A stretch of 20,000 nucleotides of DNA from Priapulus caudatus. Taxonomy: Eukaryota. The position numbers and the translations under genes are program-made. The first letter of the stretch is position 1. Each line of letters starts with the position of its first letter. This document shows positions 1 to 9,985 of this stretch, piece after piece. Where the stretch lies: assembly GCF_000485595.1 (NCBI RefSeq), contig NW_014577066.1, forward strand, positions 907,885-927,884, written 5' to 3'. The notes under the pieces are model-generated. The model made no database searches. It was given only the letters and a program-made list of their open reading frames with translations, and was not told the origin of the DNA.

Positions 1-545
1 AAACAAACACGCGTGTTGTGAGGTGCCTGCCTCCGATATCCATTTCGAGGCCCGCTAAGCCAAGCATAAAGCGAGCGGGCAAGACGTCACACACACAGCT
101 ACGTTCATTGGCTAAAACAATCGAGTAGCGCGGTTAGGGATTTTCGCAATTATTTAATTTGAAGAAAACCCTCAATGTTCAATGAATGACGCACTCGTTC
201 ACTTCCGACAGCGAGTGAAAATGCCGAAAATTTTCCATTTCGATGCGAAATACATCGGCCGGGCATTTCATTATTTACGAAAAGTAAACAGGATGGCGAA
301 TAACAGTAGATACAGTAACTGGGCCCGTCGGTGACGCCCCATTCATGCCCATAAACGAAGAAGGCGGGGCTTATTCTGATTACGGAAATGCAAAAATGCA
401 ACAGAAGGACGTAGCGCAGTGCGCTAAACAGCGTGTTATTTTCGTATTTATGCCAAACTCTATCGTAGGAAACCGTCCTAGCCTAGCAGAATGCCCTAGT
501 TCCTGAAATCGGCAATTTGGTGGTCCAATGGGTCCCCATCTTTAA
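1..545. mobile_element. Possible right end of a non-autonomous TTAA-targeting DNA transposon (Kolobok-like)
   Basis: Complex non-coding sequence with GACGTCAC, CATTGGCT and GGCGGGGCT motifs, ending ...GGGTCCCCATCT|TTAA (TTAA at 542-545). The partner terminus is not in the window. Confidence 0.22.
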
Positions 546-1088
546 AAATATAAAGGACTGGTGCGGCGTAGGCTGTGATTGGAAGACACAAAGTGTCAAT
601 CCTCGGCGCGCCTCGGCATTATGGCCGCATGCCCATCACGTCTAGCATGCGATAAGATTGGCCGTCGGCGATGAGATCGGCTTACTGACGCATATTTCAC
701 CTTCAAAACGCGTTCATATCTATAGAGAGAAGCGGGTTGCGTTGTCGCGCGGGTTCTCACTCATCCATCACATCCTCCGAGGCAGCCAGTCACCACCCCC
801 ACGCGGCACCCCCGCGTGCGTTGCTGAGTGATTCATAGCTGTTGCACCTTCGTCTGCAGTAACCGATAAGAGTCTCTTCGTCGTTCACCCATCACCCTGA
901 ATGCAAGAGTCTCTATTCAGCGTCGATGAGATATGCTCTGACGGCATGGCCTCGCATAGGGTATCATATATATAGCGACTAAGCGAGATACAGGGCAAAA
1001 GCGAGAGTGAGCGATGAGGAAAGAACGAGCAAGACGGGGAAAAGCGCGAACGAGAGAGTGAGATTGAGTAAAATGCTAGAAAGCAGAA

Positions 1089-1382
1089 GAGCGAGACACA
1101 GAGAAAACGAGAGAGAGAGAGAGAGAGAGAGCGAAAGAAAGAGAGAGAGAGAGAGAGAGAGAAGAAGAAGAGAGAGAGAGNNNNNNNNNNNNNNNNNNNN
1201 NNNNNNNNNNNNNNNNNNNNNNNNNNNNNNNNNNNNNNNNNNNNNNNNNNNNNNNNNNNNNNNNNNNNNNNNNNNNNNNNNNNNNNNNNNNNNNNNNNNN
1301 NNNNNNNNNNNNNNNNNNNNNNNNNNNNNNNNNNNNNNNNNNNNNNNNNNNNNNNNNNNNNNNNNNNNGAAGGAGAGAGAGA

Positions 1383-1441
<59 letters not shown>
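1089..1441 (+). repeat. (GA)n and (CA)n microsatellites flanking a 188-N gap (1181-1368)
   Basis: Directly visible. Confidence 0.95.
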
Positions 1442-1444
<3 letters not shown>

Positions 1445-1639
1445 GCTAACAGAACATGATTAGCCGTGTGCATTACGTCGACATCTCCGGCTAAGGCTCC
1501 GTAAATGCAATATTGCAATAAGCCGCGCCGCACGGTGAAAGCAACCGCCTACTCAGGGTATGTCATCCCACAAATCCTACGCGAATTGTGAGCGCGGTGT
1601 GCGCCTGATAAAACTATTAATGTGGAAATTACGCGGTAT

Positions 1640-1787
1640 TATATATATATACGTGGTATTGTATATATATATATATATGTATATGTATATATGTATATAT
1701 ATAATATATATATATATATATCAAGAGTACATAATAGGATAATAGTCTCCTATTATGTAGGCTTACTCTTGATATATATATATATAT
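1640..1787. repeat. Interrupted (TA)n / (TATG) microsatellite
   Basis: Directly visible. Confidence 0.9.
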
Positions 1788-2071
1788 CACGCGATGCCGC
1801 GTCTGAGCGAGCTGTACGTAGCTCTCTTCTAATCTAACAACCGGGTATAGCTATATGCGTCATCCATGCACCTCAGCAGGGCACCCTCTAGAAAATTGAA
1901 TACGGCACGCATTGCGAGCGACGCGTGCTTCTTCTGTGCGCTGGCGAATGTCGTCGGTATGATTACTATTCGTCGCCGTTTGATAATATTTTAACCAGAT
2001 TTAGGTTTTCATCCCTTTGGGCGATGCGAGCCGCAGTAATGTTACGCGCTAATTGCACTACATGGGCAAAA

Positions 2072-2171
2072 CATTATTATTAGTAGTAATATTGTTTATA
2101 TTAGGCCTACGTTGCATTATATTTTCTTGTTATTATTGTTGTATTCTTCTTCTTCTTAACATTATTATTAA

Positions 2172-2204
<33 letters not shown>

Positions 2205-2297
2205 CATCATCGGCATCATCATCGTCATCGTCGTCGTCATCATCATCATCTCATCATCATCATCATTACCAGCAATCCTCAAATCAAATCATCATCA
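2072..2297 (+). repeat. Compound trinucleotide tract (ATT)n-(ATC/GTC)n
   Basis: Perfect (ATT)n ~2173-2203 grading into (CAT)/(CGT) repeats. Confidence 0.9.
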
Positions 2298-2475
2298 AAA
2301 CAAATTTTTATTAACATGGTCTATTGCATAGCGTTATATTTAGATATCTTGTCAGCTGCTAACCATGACAGCGCTAACCATGGCTAGTTAGCTTACTTAC
2401 GGCAGGCATGCGCTCGTAGGCGTGCTGTGAAGTCTCGTCCATTTACTACAAGAAGATTGCCACTGCCCACTCTCA

Positions 2476-2479
<4 letters not shown>

Positions 2480-2519
<40 letters not shown>
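2480..2519 (+). repeat. (CT)n microsatellite
   Basis: Directly visible. Confidence 0.95.
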
Positions 2520-2521
<2 letters not shown>

Positions 2522-2572
2522 GTGCGTGCGTACATGCAAAAATAGCGTGATAAACTCGATTCAAATTTAGGA

Positions 2573-2633
2573 TGTATTACATGTGTAATACATCTGTATT
2601 ACAGGTGTATTGCACGTGTTTTACAGGTGTAAT
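2573..2633. promoter_or_regulatory. 11-bp tandem repeat (5.5 copies) forming five phased E-boxes
   Basis: Units TGTATTACATG, TGTAATACATC, TGTATTACAGG, TGTATTGCACG, TGTTTTACAGG, TGTAAT. CANNTG starts at 2580, 2591, 2602, 2613 and 2624. The repeat is certain; the regulatory role is inferred. Confidence 0.5.
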
Positions 2634-3306
2634 CAGAAGTCTATCAATAGACNNNNNNNNNNTGTGTGTGTGTGTTTGCATTGCATCATGTGTGTACGTG
2701 CGTGCATGCGTTTGTGTGTGAGAGAAAGCGTGCGTTCGTGCGCGTACGTGTGAATCTGTGCATGCAAACTCTAAGGTTTTTTGCGTATGCGTGCGTATGC
2801 GCCCGTGCGTGAGCTCTAACGAATGCGGCAATACATTTGAGAAACGTATTTCTTAGAATTTTGTTACAAAAACACCGTTCAGCCCCACACTGGAGACTGG
2901 CTCTAATTGGTCGGTGTACCGCTACTGGCCGGTAGCTATCATCAATTGATGACAAAAATGAGCGACTGATACGCTATTAGTGGGTGATACCGGTACATTC
3001 AATATCATTATCCCCATCACCCCCGCAACGCGTGGGTTGCTGTGCGGAGTCGGCGATTGCATGACGCTGACATTTATGCGACATTTGATAGGGACAATTA
3101 TACATATATGCTATGTTATAGTGGGTGGCGGTTCCGGTGGGCAATAAAAGATGAATCGCACGTGACGACGCCCCCGAGTATCATGTGTGTGAAAGCAACG
3201 CACATCAGCGTGCGCAAATGGCAGGAGAAATACTCTACTGTTTCATCCTAAAGCACATCCCCACAGTGCAAGCTTCGCTACCTACAGATTAAGCTTAAAA
3301 TTTTGC

Positions 3307-3490
3307 CCTACAAGGTCAGTCCAATGCGCCAGTAGTACAGCTCAGTCCTACGGTTCAGTGCTATACATATTCAGTCATACAGTTCGGCCCGACAGTTCAC
3401 AGCTGTGTAATTCAATCACACAGTGTTGTGTTCGTTTCTAGTTCAGCTCTGTAGTTTTCGCTTCTTGTTCAGCTCTACAGTTTGCTCAGT
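3307..3490 (+). repeat. Degenerate ~13-bp tandem repeat (TACAGTTCAGTCC-like)
   Basis: Units tacagctcagtcc (3336), tacggttcagtgc (3349), tacagttcggccc (3378) and gacagttcacagc (3391), plus further gttcagctct copies. Confidence 0.55.
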
Positions 3491-5927
3491 TACTCGAGAG
3501 CTGCTTTAAAAAACATCATCTGTGTCGCTGATACGGGGGAAAGTGAACGTATGCGAACACACAAGGTGGCGCGTCCGTCGCTATTGTTCTGCACGTCCTT
3601 TCACTGCAGCGAAGACAAAAGTGCGCACAGAACGAGGCTGCTACTCGACTGATACCTTTCCGTGCACGTGCGCTGTTTACAATGAGCGCATTGTTTTCAA
3701 CGACTACGTATACAAAATCGAAACAAAACCGGCCACTATATGCGCAAAGGTGCCACTGCTGCTGCTGCTGCTGCTGCTACACGTCAACGGTAGATTAATA
3801 TGCCGAAGAATTCGAGGTGACGGGGATTATAACGGTACATGAACTAGAAAGACGGCATAAATAGACAACATATAACACGTCCACCTGCAGCCGGTACTAT
3901 GCTGCGTTATGATTCTTCACCCCTTCATCATACAGTTCCGCCGAGCCCAATTACTTTTCTCCGGGCGGCGGCTGCATGTATCATAGAAGAAGTGAGACGT
4001 CATTATCGCAGTATGGTTCCACGGCCAAAAATAACATTAAAGTCGTCACGGTGATCCATGAACAGCTACTTCGCTCGTCGATTCATTGGTAATCAAACAC
4101 ACTCGTAAGAGATTATTGTGATATAATAGGTCATAAAGGTATTAACATGAAAACTAGGATTTTGCAATTATATAGGATGAAACGAGGCAAATTGTCGTGG
4201 AAGATATTGTGCAGTCACGATAATTTAAAACGAGTCACGAACATTTAACGATATAAATGTTCGCATAACTGTTCGGCTTCAAATGATTTAACTGAAAATG
4301 TTACACAACATGAGTTTGGAATACTGCGGTACTGCGGAGAGCAGATTTAGAGTAAAGGCCTTTGACCTCGTTTAGACATCAGACAAATTAATTAAAAAAT
4401 GGGTACGTACTTGCTGCACACATGTGGAATAGTAACGTATCATTACAATAGGTTAATTTATATTACGAGCGCCTATGGTGTCTTCTGATAATACACCCAG
4501 GCAGCAGCTGTCATGGTGGTTAGGCGTGACGCTTCTAGTATCCAGGGTGTGCGTTAATAGAGCAATACAAGAGGAAACAGCACGCAAACCGCGTGTCGCA
4601 GTTGCATTCGTGCGCCTTTGCCAGGCGTCGCGTGCGGTTTACGTGAATAGTTCGTCGAGTGGACCGAAGCACCGACTCGTTAGTTAGTGATTGCGCATAA
4701 CCACGTATATCACCGAACAGCAGCGAGGCCCAATGCATCTTCAGTTGATTGCACCTTCTCAATCGGTTTGGAGGAGCGCGCCACCAAGCGGCGTACGCAT
4801 TTGTCGTTATTTGCTAATTGGCCGCCGACGACAACAAATTGGCATGTGAGTGCGTAAAGATGGACAGTTTTCGCAAAATGTCGCGAATATGGGTTGCGCG
4901 CTGGCATCACCATGTTTGTTTCACGCTGCGACCTATTGTATCGTTACGGCTTTCAAAGCGAAGCTTTTTTGCGCGATCTGCGTCATAGCTTACCACTCGC
5001 GCGTTATTATTACTACGTTATTATTTAAATTTACGTTCTTTTTTAATCGCACTTCTATTAATTGATGTAACCATTACTATACTTATTGCACTGCTATTTC
5101 ATATTCTGTTATGGTAGCATAATGTGATGCTAATTCATGATATTGATAGCCTCACTGATCGTGTTACGGTTATGGTACGTTATGGTGCGGGTGCGGTACG
5201 CGTAAAGTGCGTTTCGTTATTTTCACCCTTGCAATCACAGGCACTTGAAGCATTTCAACTGTAAACACACGCCGCCGCCATTGCGCGCACACTGACACAT
5301 AAATATATTATAAATATAAAAATATAAAATAAATATACANNNNNNNNNNNNNNNNNNNNNNNNNNNNNNNNNNNNNNNNNNNNNNNNNNNNNNNNNNNNN
5401 NNNNNNNNNNNNNNNNNNNNNNNNNNNNNNNNNNNNNNNNNNNNNNNNNNNNNNNNNNNNNNNNNNNNNNNNNNNNNNNNNNNNNNNNNNNNNNNNNNNN
5501 NNNNNNNNNNNNNNNNNNNNNNNNNNNNNNNNNNNNNNNNNNNNNNNNNNNNNNNNNNNNNNNNNNNNNNNNNNNNNNNNNNNNNNNNNNNNNNNNNNNN
5601 NNNNNNNNNNNNNNNNNNNNNNNNNNNNNNNNNNNNNNNNNNNNNNNNNNNNNNNNNNNNNNNNNNNNNNNNNNNNNNNNNNNNNNNNNNNNNNNNNNNN
5701 NNNNNNNNNNNNNNNNNNNNNNNNNNNNNNNNNNNNNNNNNNNNNNNNNNNNNNNNNNNNNNNNNNNNNNNNNNNNNNNNNNNNNNNNNNNNNNNNNNNN
5801 NNNNNNNNNNNNNNNNNNNNNNNNNNNNNNNNNNNNNNNNNNNNNNNNNNNNNNNNNNNNNNNNNNNNNNNNNNNNNNNNNNNNNNNNNNNNNNNNNNNN
5901 NNNNNNNNNNNTTATTATTACTTACGT

Positions 5928-5996
5928 TACGTACGTACGTACGTACGTACGTACGTACGTACGTACTACTATATATATATATATATATATATATAG

Positions 5997-6090
<94 letters not shown>
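5928..6090. repeat. Compound (GTAC)n-(TA)n-(GT)n-(GC)n microsatellite next to the 572-N gap (5340-5911)
   Basis: Directly visible; almost entirely alternating purine-pyrimidine. Confidence 0.95.
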
Positions 6091-6361
6091 ATGTCTTTGT
6101 GTGTGATATGAATATCACGCTCCTGGATTAGGCCATCTATTTGTAGCCGCATCTGAAAGGGCAATGCGATATATGTCGCATTTATCCCTGTACTAGGATG
6201 AGGTGGAGCGGAGGATGCATGAGGTACCTCCGATATTCGCGCATATAGTCTGCACGTGGATTTTGGATAGAGCTCCGTCGCATTTTGTAACGATTCGTCG
6301 ACTTTATGTCAAATGTTACGCGTTCTTAAAAACACTGCCTAGGGGGAGGAGGGGGGGGGGT

Positions 6362-6565
6362 GCTATTATTGATGCGGCTACTACTGCCTCTGCAACATCT
6401 ACTGCTAGCATGATACAACTACTGCTGTTGACACAATTACTGCTACTGTAACAGCTATTGTCGTCGCTACTGCGAGTGCGTATTCTATACTACTCAGGGA
6501 CTGCGTTTGCTACTGCTATATTATTATTCTCACTAACACTGAGTAATGGATGTTGCTGCTACCAT
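6362..6565 (+). repeat. Degenerate (ACT/GCT)n trinucleotide tract
   Basis: Recurrent ctactgct/actactg motifs. Confidence 0.6.
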
Positions 6566-6982
6566 CAGTATAATTCCCGATGACGTATGAGTAAAAGCAG
6601 TGTATAAAGAAGAAACAGTAATCCGTCAGGACTTGTGTATTTGCCGAAACGCCAACCTAAATCAACATACATGGATGCGTAAACGAAAATTGGGCACCAT
6701 AGTTCTCTAGTTCTGCCTACATCGACACTCGAGTTTCCACTCACTTTCTATTTCGCATACTATTACGAATCTTACACCATACGTACTGTAGTAGTATTAC
6801 ATACGCCGACAAATTAAAATCTACACATCTCTTATCACCGAGTGATGAGATGTGTTCGAGTTGTCTGATGACAAACGCGCATCGATATGGATCGTAAATG
6901 GGACCATGGGTTTCTTGCCATCGAGCGCGCAAAAAGTTTCACTTTCGTGTTTAGTCCTGACAACGCATCGCTCGCTACTCAC

Positions 6983-7168
6983 CAAGAATATGAAGTTGCT
7001 GAAGAACATGAAGTATTTGATGATGAGCGATACGTATGTTTTCTTCTTCGTCTCCTTCCTATCCATTATCTTCTTCTTGGAAGGATGCCGATGGTGCCGC
7101 TGCGAGGATGACTTCCCGTCGTCCCGCGCGCCATTCTCTTCCTGTTTCTCGACGTCCGGCTGTTTCAT
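6983..7168 (-). CDS. TSPAN33: First coding exon (62 aa) of a TspanC8-subfamily tetraspanin, TSPAN33/TSPAN5-like (orthology tentative): N-terminal cytoplasmic tail plus first half of TM1
   Basis: Translates to MKQPDVEKQEENGARDDGKSSSQRHHRHPSKKKIMDRKETKKKTYVSLIIKYFMFFSNFIFL. The end matches the tetraspanin TM1 signature KY-x-x-F-x-x-N-x-x-F (human TSPAN33, from memory: FVSPLVKYLLFFFNMLFW). A consensus donor TTG|GTGAGT follows at once (GT at 6982-6981) in phase 0, the position of the first TM1 intron in TspanC8 genes. Confidence 0.85.
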
Positions 7169-7175
7169 CGTCACT

Positions 7176-7318
7176 CTGTAATAAAGTGCAAGTAGCCGTT
7201 GGTTACGCACCGGCGTCATTGCGCAGCAGCAGCATCACGCCATGCAATCACCGGGGATATAACCGGAGCAGTTTCACCGCCAGAATCTCTTCGTGATGCT
7301 GAAACCCTGAAGTCTTAC
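7176..7318 (-). other. Probable 143-nt 5'UTR intron of the tetraspanin gene
   Basis: Minus strand has donor AT|GTAAGA (GT at 7318-7317) and acceptor cactttattacAG| (AG at 7177-7176), followed by AGTGACG and the ATG at 7168. Confidence 0.5.
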
Positions 7319-7339
7319 ATCGGGAAGAGGAATGTCATT

Positions 7340-7480
7340 ATGACTCGGCAGGCATGCGCGTGCTGACGTCACTGACTGCATCAGTCGTCGATGTGACCGC
7401 TGCCGCGCATGGCTGCCGCCAAATCTAGCTATGACGTAAGCGCGCAGCCGAGGATCCGGGAAGCGCTCGCTCACGAGAAA
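7340..7480 (-). promoter_or_regulatory. Candidate tetraspanin promoter / 5' end with CRE/ATF sites
   Basis: CpG-rich unique segment between the exon and the upstream repeat block. It has a perfect CRE palindrome TGACGTCA at 7364-7371 and a variant TGACGTAA at 7432-7439. Confidence 0.4.
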
Positions 7481-7489
7481 GCAGGAGAG

Positions 7490-7878
7490 CGAGGACGAGA
7501 GACTGCGAAAGAGAGAGAAGCCAAGGATAGAAGACGAGAGACTGGGAGAGAGAAGCTAGAGATAGAGGACGAGTAACCGGGAGAGAGGAGCTAGAGATAG
7601 AGGACGAGTAACCGGGAGAGAGGAGCTAGAGATAGAGGACGAGAGACTGGGAGAGAGAAGCTAGAGATAGAGGACGAGCAACTGGGAGAGAGAGGAAAGC
7701 TAGAGGTATAGCACGAGAGACTGGAAGACAAATAGATAAGCTAGAGATTGAGGATAAGACACTGTGAGCGGGTAAGAAGGTAGATATAGAGGATGAGACA
7801 CTGGGAGAAAGTGAGAAGCTAGGGATAAAGGGCCTAAGACTGGGAGAGAGAGAGAAAGCTAGAGGTAGAGGACGAGAG

Positions 7879-7909
<31 letters not shown>

Positions 7910-7971
7910 AGCTAGAGATTGAGGACAAATGACTGGAAGAGAGAAGTTAGAGACAGAGGATGAGACACTCT

Positions 7972-7972
<1 letters not shown>
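7490..7972 (+). repeat. 35-bp purine-rich minisatellite (~12-13 copies, degenerating outward)
   Basis: Consensus GGAGAGAGAAGCTAGAGATAGAGGACGAGAGACTG. The GCTAGA core lies at 7555, 7590, 7625 and 7660 (exact 35-bp period), then recurs with ~39-41 bp spacing at ~7699, 7740, 7779, 7818, 7858 and again at 7911 and 7946. Confidence 0.9.
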
Positions 7973-8036
<64 letters not shown>

Positions 8037-8046
8037 AGAAGAGAGA

Positions 8047-8121
<75 letters not shown>

Positions 8122-8534
8122 GTGTGTGTGTTTGTGTGAGAGAGAGTAAGAAACAGCAGTAGAGGGATATATGGTAAAGGTGAAGTAGAGCGGAAGGAAG
8201 AAAGCGAGAAAGAAAGAAAGAGAGAAAAGCGGCGCGCGCTGAAGAGAGAAAGAGAGAACGAAAAGGCGTGCGCGCGAGAGTGACAACAGAGAGAGAGAGA
8301 GAAAGGGGGAGAGGGGAGAGAGAAGAGAGCGACAGAGAAAAGAGAGAGAGAGAGAGAGAGCGAGAGTGTACAGATAATAGGGCTAGATAGATTAGATAGA
8401 GAGAGAGAGAAGAGAGAGGAGAGATAGAGAGAGAGATGAGAGATAGATAGATAGTAGATATGATAGATAGATATGATAGTAGTTTTTAAGATATGATAGA
8501 TAGCATAGATAGAATGACAGAGAGCAGAGAGAAA

Positions 8535-8565
<31 letters not shown>

Positions 8566-8710
8566 TGAGAGAGAGAGATACAGAAAGACAGGAGAAGGAA
8601 GGGCGAGATAGAGAGAGAGAGAGAGAGCAGAGAGAGATTTACGGAAGAGAAACATAGGTGAGGAGAGAGAGAGAGCGTCCACAGAGAGAGAGAGAGCAGA
8701 GAGAGGAGAG
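7973..8710 (+). repeat. Compound microsatellite block (GA)n-(GT)n-(GA/GATA)n
   Basis: (GA)n ~7973-8047, (GT)n ~8049-8140, then degenerate GA/GATA-rich sequence to ~8710. Confidence 0.95.
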
Positions 8711-9954
8711 CAGTGAGGCAGGTAATAAGTCGTCATTCTGGCTTGCCAAAGTCGGTAATCACGGACGAGCCACGGCGCATAGTCATTGTGAGTGAGCTGG
8801 CCATCGTCGCGGAGCATTGCCACGAGAGTCGACTGCGACACCGAACAACTGTCGCAGTCGGAGTTAACGATACTCTTGCAAGCCATGACAGTCGACTACT
8901 GCCGTCTCGTACACGACACTCACACTCTCCCAGCGATCGCGACGCAGCGCACGCAGCGACGCACAGCGCATGCGTAGTCGATCAAGATCTCGGCTGCGCT
9001 TCTGTCTCCTACCATTATCGATGTCTCTCTCGTCCTGCTTTGAATGACGAAACGGATACTCTCAGTCATTTATATGCCATCTCGAGCCTCCTCGTAGCTG
9101 TGCGTACAATCTGCGCTTTACTTACTCCTCATCGTCGTAAGCGAGATACTCTCTCGTAATCATCCTGCCTTATGCTACTATTGTATTCTCTCGCAGACTG
9201 CTAGATTCTCGTCTCACACACTAGCATCTCTGTCATTCTAGTCTACTGCTGATCTCACTAAAACATCATATCGCTGAGAAGCTTATGCTGGGTCTATCTC
9301 AAACAACCGCCTCTGACTGTGACTAGTATACTGAGATCTATCGTGCAGCGCGCACGGCTCTTACCTCGCACTTCTGCATCCCTCTTCTTCATCTCTCGGC
9401 TCCGATGATCACACAGACCGGATCACGCACGGACAGGAGTCGATAAGCAATATAACAGCTGCAAATGCTGGCTCTCTTAATCATCTCCACCTCACCGTTT
9501 CCCTACTCGGTCTTTCAGCTAGCCTGTTCTGAGTGTTCATCGTCGCGCGAGTCGTCCGCCCGCACCAGCGACTGCGCTGTAGCTTCCATGTGATATCTCC
9601 CCAGTAGCGATCATAAACCCAACTCTATAAGAATTCGCAGCTCCTCACAAGTGCCGGCCTCGTGTTCTCTCTTTTTCTCTTTAACTCCCTCTCTTCTCTC
9701 TCTTTTTTCCCTTCTACTCTTCTCTCTCCTCTTTCTATCTTCCTATCGCTGCGTTATCTTGTAATTATGTATTCTCTTTCTTACTTCGTTCTCTTTCTTT
9801 CTCTCTTCTTTTTATTTTCATTTTATTTTTTCTTTCTTAGAGTTCTTCTTGATCTTTTTTTTTTTTTTTTTTTATTGAGTTTTCTTATTTTTTTCTTTTT
9901 TTTTCTTCTTTTTCTTATTTTTTTTTTTTTATTTTTTTTTTTTTTCTTTCTTTT

Positions 9955-9985
<31 letters not shown>

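Noticed and set aside
885..1444. ORFs with CVCV/SLSL/ERER/HTHT runs (also at 2053, 5922, 7626-8886, 14241-14756, 15443-16174, 16866-17556, 18783-19128)
   Set aside because: Translations of microsatellites and N-gaps.
4505..4560. tRNA/SINE-like A-box (gtcatggtggttagg)
   Set aside because: No B-box (GTTCRA) at the right distance and no cloverleaf.
6821..6982. C-terminal part of the 132-aa minus ORF (VSSERCVVRTK...)
   Set aside because: Read-through past the GTGAGT donor into intron; tetraspanin similarity stops at the donor.
6852..7181. Plus-strand ORFs (109 aa, 74 aa) overlapping the exon
   Set aside because: Antisense shadows of the tetraspanin exon.
7490..7972. CRISPR-like regularly spaced repeats
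   Set aside because: Units are contiguous with no unique spacers, the context is eukaryotic and there are no cas genes. It is a minisatellite.
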